Shown: in pieces, positions 26,992 to 64,000 of the stretch
Layout of the letters: the number at the start of each line of letters is the position of its first letter
Numbering within the stretch: the stretch's first letter is position 1
Source of the DNA: the human T2T-CHM13v2.0 reference genome, Homo sapiens
Assembly: GCF_009914755.1 (NCBI RefSeq)
Contig: NC_060936.1
DNA: 64,000 nucleotides
Strand: one strand, 5' to 3'
Position numbers and translations under genes: made by a program
Notes under the pieces: generated by a model
Databases searched by the model: none
Told to the model about the DNA's origin: nothing
Seen by the model: the letters and a program-made list of their open reading frames with translations, nothing else

Positions 26992-28331
26992 CTTTTCTTT
27001 TCTGTGAAGTGAGTTTCTCCACCACGGACACTGTCCTACATATGACAAGGTAGAAAGCATTCTAATCCCATGAATGCTGATGTTGACCAAGGCATGATAG
27101 GCAAGGAAAACAGACCCAAATTCAGAATAAGTGCCTATTCCCACAAAAACAAATCATCTCTCCCTCCAATATGGAAGAAGTCCCGTGAAATGAACTTGCC
27201 GCATTGACGATACTGGGCTTAGATATGTGTTTTCTGTTGGGATCTTCAAGAAGTAGGCACTGAGACAAAGATTTGTTCCCAGAAGGTGATCTCAGTAATC
27301 ATCTGGCTACTTTGTTCTAAATCTTTTTGGATTACAGCTCCAAGCCTCAAGGTTCATTTGCCAAGCTCCTCCCAAAACTTTTACACTAATCTTCCATGTT
27401 GCTTTTCTCCATCTCTGACTATCTAGCCAGTGACTGGTTACGGTTACAGATCCTCACCTCAGATCATGTTTCCCTCAAGTCAAAGTACATGATAAAAGAC
27501 AGTGCTTGGAATTCTGCCTACAAATTGAGATTTGCCCTCTACTGTCCTTCAAGACCACCCCAAATATACACAGTACATTTCTAGCTGATAGTGCCTATTG
27601 TTCATGGTATCTGTAAGCCAGGTTTGGTTTTTTTCATTTTCAGTTAACTGGATAATAATGCTCCACAAGGGTAAAGGGACAGATTGGTAGGGGCGAGGTG
27701 TGGGAATAGAGTAGTTAAAGGCACAGGGTCGGGAGAAATCTGTTCAAAGGAAATGTGTCTTCATGGCCTGTCTGGTCCCACCTGCTAGGTGATGGAGTGC
27801 TGCTGGAAATGGTCAACTTTATGAGTAGATGGATTAAATAGCACCTGGTGTCCCATAGCCTCCAACATCCCCAGAAGCAAATTAGAACCGTTTCTCAAAA
27901 GGAGAATAGTAATCTTCCAGAAGCGGGTATGACCTTGCTCCAAAGTCCCGTGGGCTTCCATTGTGATTCTCCTGGAGAAATTTGTCTCTGACTTCAATAA
28001 GTCTCCCAATCAGCCAGATACTTTGAGAGGGCTGAGCAGCAGAGCTGCTTGGACTGCAGACTGGGCCACCTACAGGGACTATTTTTGCTCTGCCAGCTTT
28101 TCAGGTCACCAGGTAAATAAATAAGTGCAAAACACCTGTATGTTATATGCTGTCTCAAAAGTCCAGGGCTCAAAAAGCCAAAACAGCACACTGAATAGTC
28201 TCTTGAAGGCACTGAATTCAACCTGATCCAGCTAAGTAAGGGATACTCAGGACATAGGGCTGTAGTAGACTAGTTTCTTATGAATGAGGAAGTTTCAAAA
28301 TAACTGGTTTTTGCATGTTGGTTCTTTAGCA

Positions 28332-28495
28332 CAGTTGTTCAAAACATTGGCTGTAAATGGAACCACAAGGTGGGTGCAGGGAGAGGTTTTAAAAATTACT
28401 GATGCCTGGAACCTGCCTTCAGAGATGCTGGTCTGATTGCCTGGCTTCTAGATTATAAAAAAGCTAATATGCAGCCAAGGGCAAAGACCATTGTT
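28332..28495. mobile_element. MER5-type hAT-Charlie MITE
   Basis: cagttgttcaaaacattggctg...actgatgcctgg...ctaatatgcagccaaggg...accattg. Confidence 0.6.
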
Positions 28496-28609
28496 CTAGT
28501 TCCTTCTAGATGTCCCTATACCAATAGGCAGGGTCCCACTCTATCCCTTCATTTTCATATAGGAAACCAAGGAGGTAAGCTAACTCATATAATTACCCTG
28601 TGTTTCACT

Positions 28610-29196
28610 TATAACCCGAAAGGTATCTGAGACAGGTCTCAATCAATTCAGAAAGTTTATTTTGCTGAGGTTAAGGCTGTGGCTCTGACACAGCCTCAGG
28701 AGGTCCTGACAACATGTGCCCAAGTGGTCAGGGTACAGCTTGCTTTTAGACATTTTAGGGAGACATGAGACACCAATCAGTATGTGTAACATGTACACTG
28801 GTTCCGTCAGGTAAGACTGGACAACCTGAGGTGGGGGCTTCCAGGTCATAAGTAGATAAGAGACAAAAGGTTGCATTCTTTTGAGTTCTTGAGCAGCCTT
28901 CCACTGAATACACTTTAGTCCGGCTCAGTGAATCCGTATTTTTAAATAAACAATAAGGCAGAGGAAGCAATCGGTATGCATTTATCTCCAGTGAGCCTCA
29001 GAGATGACTTTGAGTTCTGTCTGTCCTTTGTCCACAAGGAATTTCAAGGAAGGAGATATGTAGCTTTTTATCTTTGTAGCTATTAATATCTTATTTAGGG
29101 ATAAAATGGGGGTCAGGTTTGCCTGACATAGTTTCCAGCTTGACTTTTCCCTTGGCTTAGTGATTTTGGGGTCCCAAGACTTATTTTCCTTTCACA
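28610..29196 (-). mobile_element. ERV1 solo LTR, MER4A family
   Basis: Minus strand starts TGTGAAAGGAAAATAAGTCTTGGGACCCC; ends with AATAAA...gagacctgtctcagatac; 4-bp TSD CACT at 28606 and 29197. Confidence 0.85.
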
Positions 29197-29974
29197 CACT
29201 TGATGCCTTGAGTTGAGATTTGAGAATCAAGGTTTATTCTCTCTTAAGTCATTCAATGCCCTTGGAAACAACCACCTGACTCCATAATCCTAGCATTTCT
29301 TTCCATTGCTATTAAATTGTTCCATGGTGGCTGCTAACCAGTCTCCAGGGGCCTTATCCTAAGGGGGCTCATGGATTCTGGTGACTAAAGGCAATAGCCT
29401 GCTAAGCTCCTTGATCACTGGAGCTGTGAGCTTTCCATCTGGAATGCAGAGAGATGTGGGCCTTTCACCCTACCCAGACACAACAACCAGTTCCAAAGAT
29501 CCCGCATCATTTCCTTGAAGGTCTTTTGCCTACCTCTGGTACCAATCTGGATATTAAAGACTTTTTTATTTGTAAGCAACAAAAAAAATCTGTGACCCTA
29601 GTTAGCTTAAAGAACTAAGAATATATTGGAATAGAGTCTAGGATAGTTTACAGTTTAAAATGAACCATTAAAGAACCAGACTCAGGAAATACGATATCTC
29701 TGATAACCTCCTTAGAGAGCTTCAATAAAAGCCACCCAGTTTTGATGACTTTCAGCCTTCGTGTCTCTCCATTCAAGTTCCAAATTCCCATGAGAAAATC
29801 TGGCTTGGCTTAGGTCTTCCCATATAATGAGCTATGGTAGTAAGGTACGGTCCCAAAGCACAAACAGGACCACAGAGGCTGTTTCCAGAAAAGGGAACTG
29901 TAAACCAGGCAGCTACCCCAATACAAGTCTACTTCAATCACCATGTTTGGAAGCATCTATTTTGCAGTTGGAAA

Positions 29975-30119
29975 ACAACAAAGTGAAGGGCAAAAAGGCA
30001 CGAAAGACATTGTTTAGTCACACAATTTTAATTGTGAATTATAGTGAATGGTAAACAGTAAAAGAGTAATTACATGAAAAGCTCCATATTTTGCATGTTT
30101 CAACTGTTCTTCATTGTCT
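29975..30119 (-). terminator. NDUFA12: NDUFA12 3' UTR (about 105 nt) and polyadenylation signal
   Basis: On the minus strand: TGTA at 30074-30071, ATTAAA at 30032-30027, U/GU-rich downstream element about 30008-29975; cleavage inferred near 30010. Confidence 0.8.
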
Positions 30120-62449
<32,330 letters not shown>

Positions 62450-62508
62450 TCAGCCGCAGGAAGCCCACGCCCAGAAGGTTCCCACGCGAACGCCAGACGT
62501 GGTGGCTC

Positions 62509-62520
62509 TGCGCGTGCGCA
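62509..62520 (-). promoter_or_regulatory. NRF1 binding site
   Basis: Minus strand TGCGCACGCGCA is a perfect match to YGCGCAYGCGCR, about 125 bp upstream of the ATG of an OXPHOS gene. Confidence 0.8.
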
Positions 62521-62729
62521 GAGCTAGGTCTTGCCTACGCGGTCATGTTCTGGCTTCCCAAGTAGGCAGAATTGGTTTCCCCTGGAAGCAAAGGTACCTT
62601 AAAATTTAGTTTTCAGAGGTTAAATCTAGAAGGCGGGCATATGCTGGAAAGCTCACCTACACGAGGCTTTCTCACACGGGGATTCCCCCTTTGGGAATTT
62701 CAGTTTCCTCATCTAAAAATAATTGGCTC

Positions 62730-63353
62730 TGGTGGGCGCGGTGGCTCACTGTTGTAATCCCAGCACTTTGGGAGGCCGGGTAGGGAGGATCGTTTGAGCC
62801 CAGGAGTTCGAGACCAGCCTCGCCAACACAGCGAGAATTCTGTCTCTACAAAAAAAAAAAAAAAATTAAAAATTAGCTGGATGTGGTGGCGCGTGCCCGT
62901 AGTCCCAGCTACTCGGTAGGCTGAGGCTTAGATGGGAGCATCGCTTGAGCCTAAAAAATTTCAATATTACTTCATTTGTTAACCACAATTCTTCTACAAA
63001 GAGAAACCTCCCTTCAACTATTTGGCTCCTGAGATACAATTAATGTAGGAAAGGCAGTATGGGTGCTTGATTCTCTTACTTTTTTTTTGTTTTTTAATTT
63101 TAGAGACAGGCTCTCTGTCACCCAGGCTGAAATACAGTGGTGTGATCATAGCTCACTGCAGCCTCAAACTCCTGTGCTCAAGCAGTCCTCCCATTTAAGT
63201 AAGTGCCACCACCCCTGGCTAATTTTTTTTTTTTTAGAGATGGGCATCTTGTTATGTTGCCCAGGTTGGTTTTGAACTCTGGCCTCAAGTGATCCTCCTG
63301 CCTCAGCCTCTCAAAATGCTGGGATTACAGGTGTAAGCCACCACACCCAGCCG
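62730..63353. mobile_element. Upstream Alus 62730-62950(+) and 63080-63353(-)
   Basis: Alu consensus. Confidence 0.85.
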
Positions 63354-63429
63354 ATTCTTTCCCTTATGTGTGTTTTCAAAATAACAATTTAGTTCCCTAG
63401 CTTTTTTTTTTTTTTTTTTGGTAGTGGTG

Positions 63430-64000
63430 GTTAAAAACACAAAATATAAAATTTACCATTTTAACCATTTTTAAGTGTACAGTAGTGTTAACCACATGCA
63501 CATTGTTGCGCAACAGATCTCTAGAACTTATTCTTCTTGCAAAACAGAAACTTTATATCCATGGAACAACTTTTTCCTCTTTCTCCATCCCCTGCCAACC
63601 ACCATTCTACTTCTGTTTCTAAGAGTTTAACTACTTTAGATACTTCATATAAGTAGAATCATGAGGTGTTTGTCTTTTAGGACCTGGCTTATTTCACTTA
63701 GCATGATATCCACAAGGCTCATCCATAGTGTAGTATATGACAGGATTTTCTTCTTTTTATAAATGTTGAATAATATTCCACTGTATGTATATGCCACCCA
63801 GTTACCTGTCCATAAACATTTCTGCTGATTCCGCCTCTTGGCTATTGTGAATAATGCTGCAGTGAACACGGGTGTGCAGATATCTCTAAGATCCTGTTTT
63901 CAGTTCTTTTGGATATATACCCAGAAGTGGATTGCTAGATCATATGGAAATTTTATTTTTTATTTTTATAGGAATCCCCATACTGTTTTCCATGGCAGCA
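63430..64000 (-). mobile_element. L1MA/L1MB 3' end, running off the window
   Basis: aaatttaccattttaaccatttttaagtgtacag...ggcttatttcacttagcat...ggctattgtgaataatgctgcagtgaac; ORF 63645..63869 is the ORF2 C-terminus. Confidence 0.85.

Overview
Primate, almost certainly human, genomic DNA: Alu-dense and carrying human-specific AluYa5 and AluYb8 copies. It holds one complete protein-coding gene on the minus strand, NDUFA12 (complex I accessory subunit B17.2; human 12q22 from recall). The four coding exons are 62386-62301, 61527-61445, 52962-52875 and 30300-30120, totalling 438 nt (145 aa). The gene has a CpG-rich promoter with a perfect NRF1 site and a short 3' UTR with an ATTAAA signal. The rest is mostly transposon debris: dozens of Alus, L1/L2/MIR, MaLR LTRs, four ERV1-class solo LTRs and hAT/Tigger DNA-transposon fossils. 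Nearly all ORF-track entries are repeat-derived noise. Most notable observations: a candidate in-frame 9-nt MIR-derived microexon in NDUFA12 intron 2; a tailless 5S rRNA retropseudogene with target-site duplications; a double-hairpin templated-insertion scar that creates a palindromic double octamer; two young Alu insertions; and a Tip100-type hAT fossil with transposase remnants. I see no evidence of a wholly new multi-gene system. Repeat subfamily names come from recalled consensus sequences and need Dfam/RepeatMasker confirmation.
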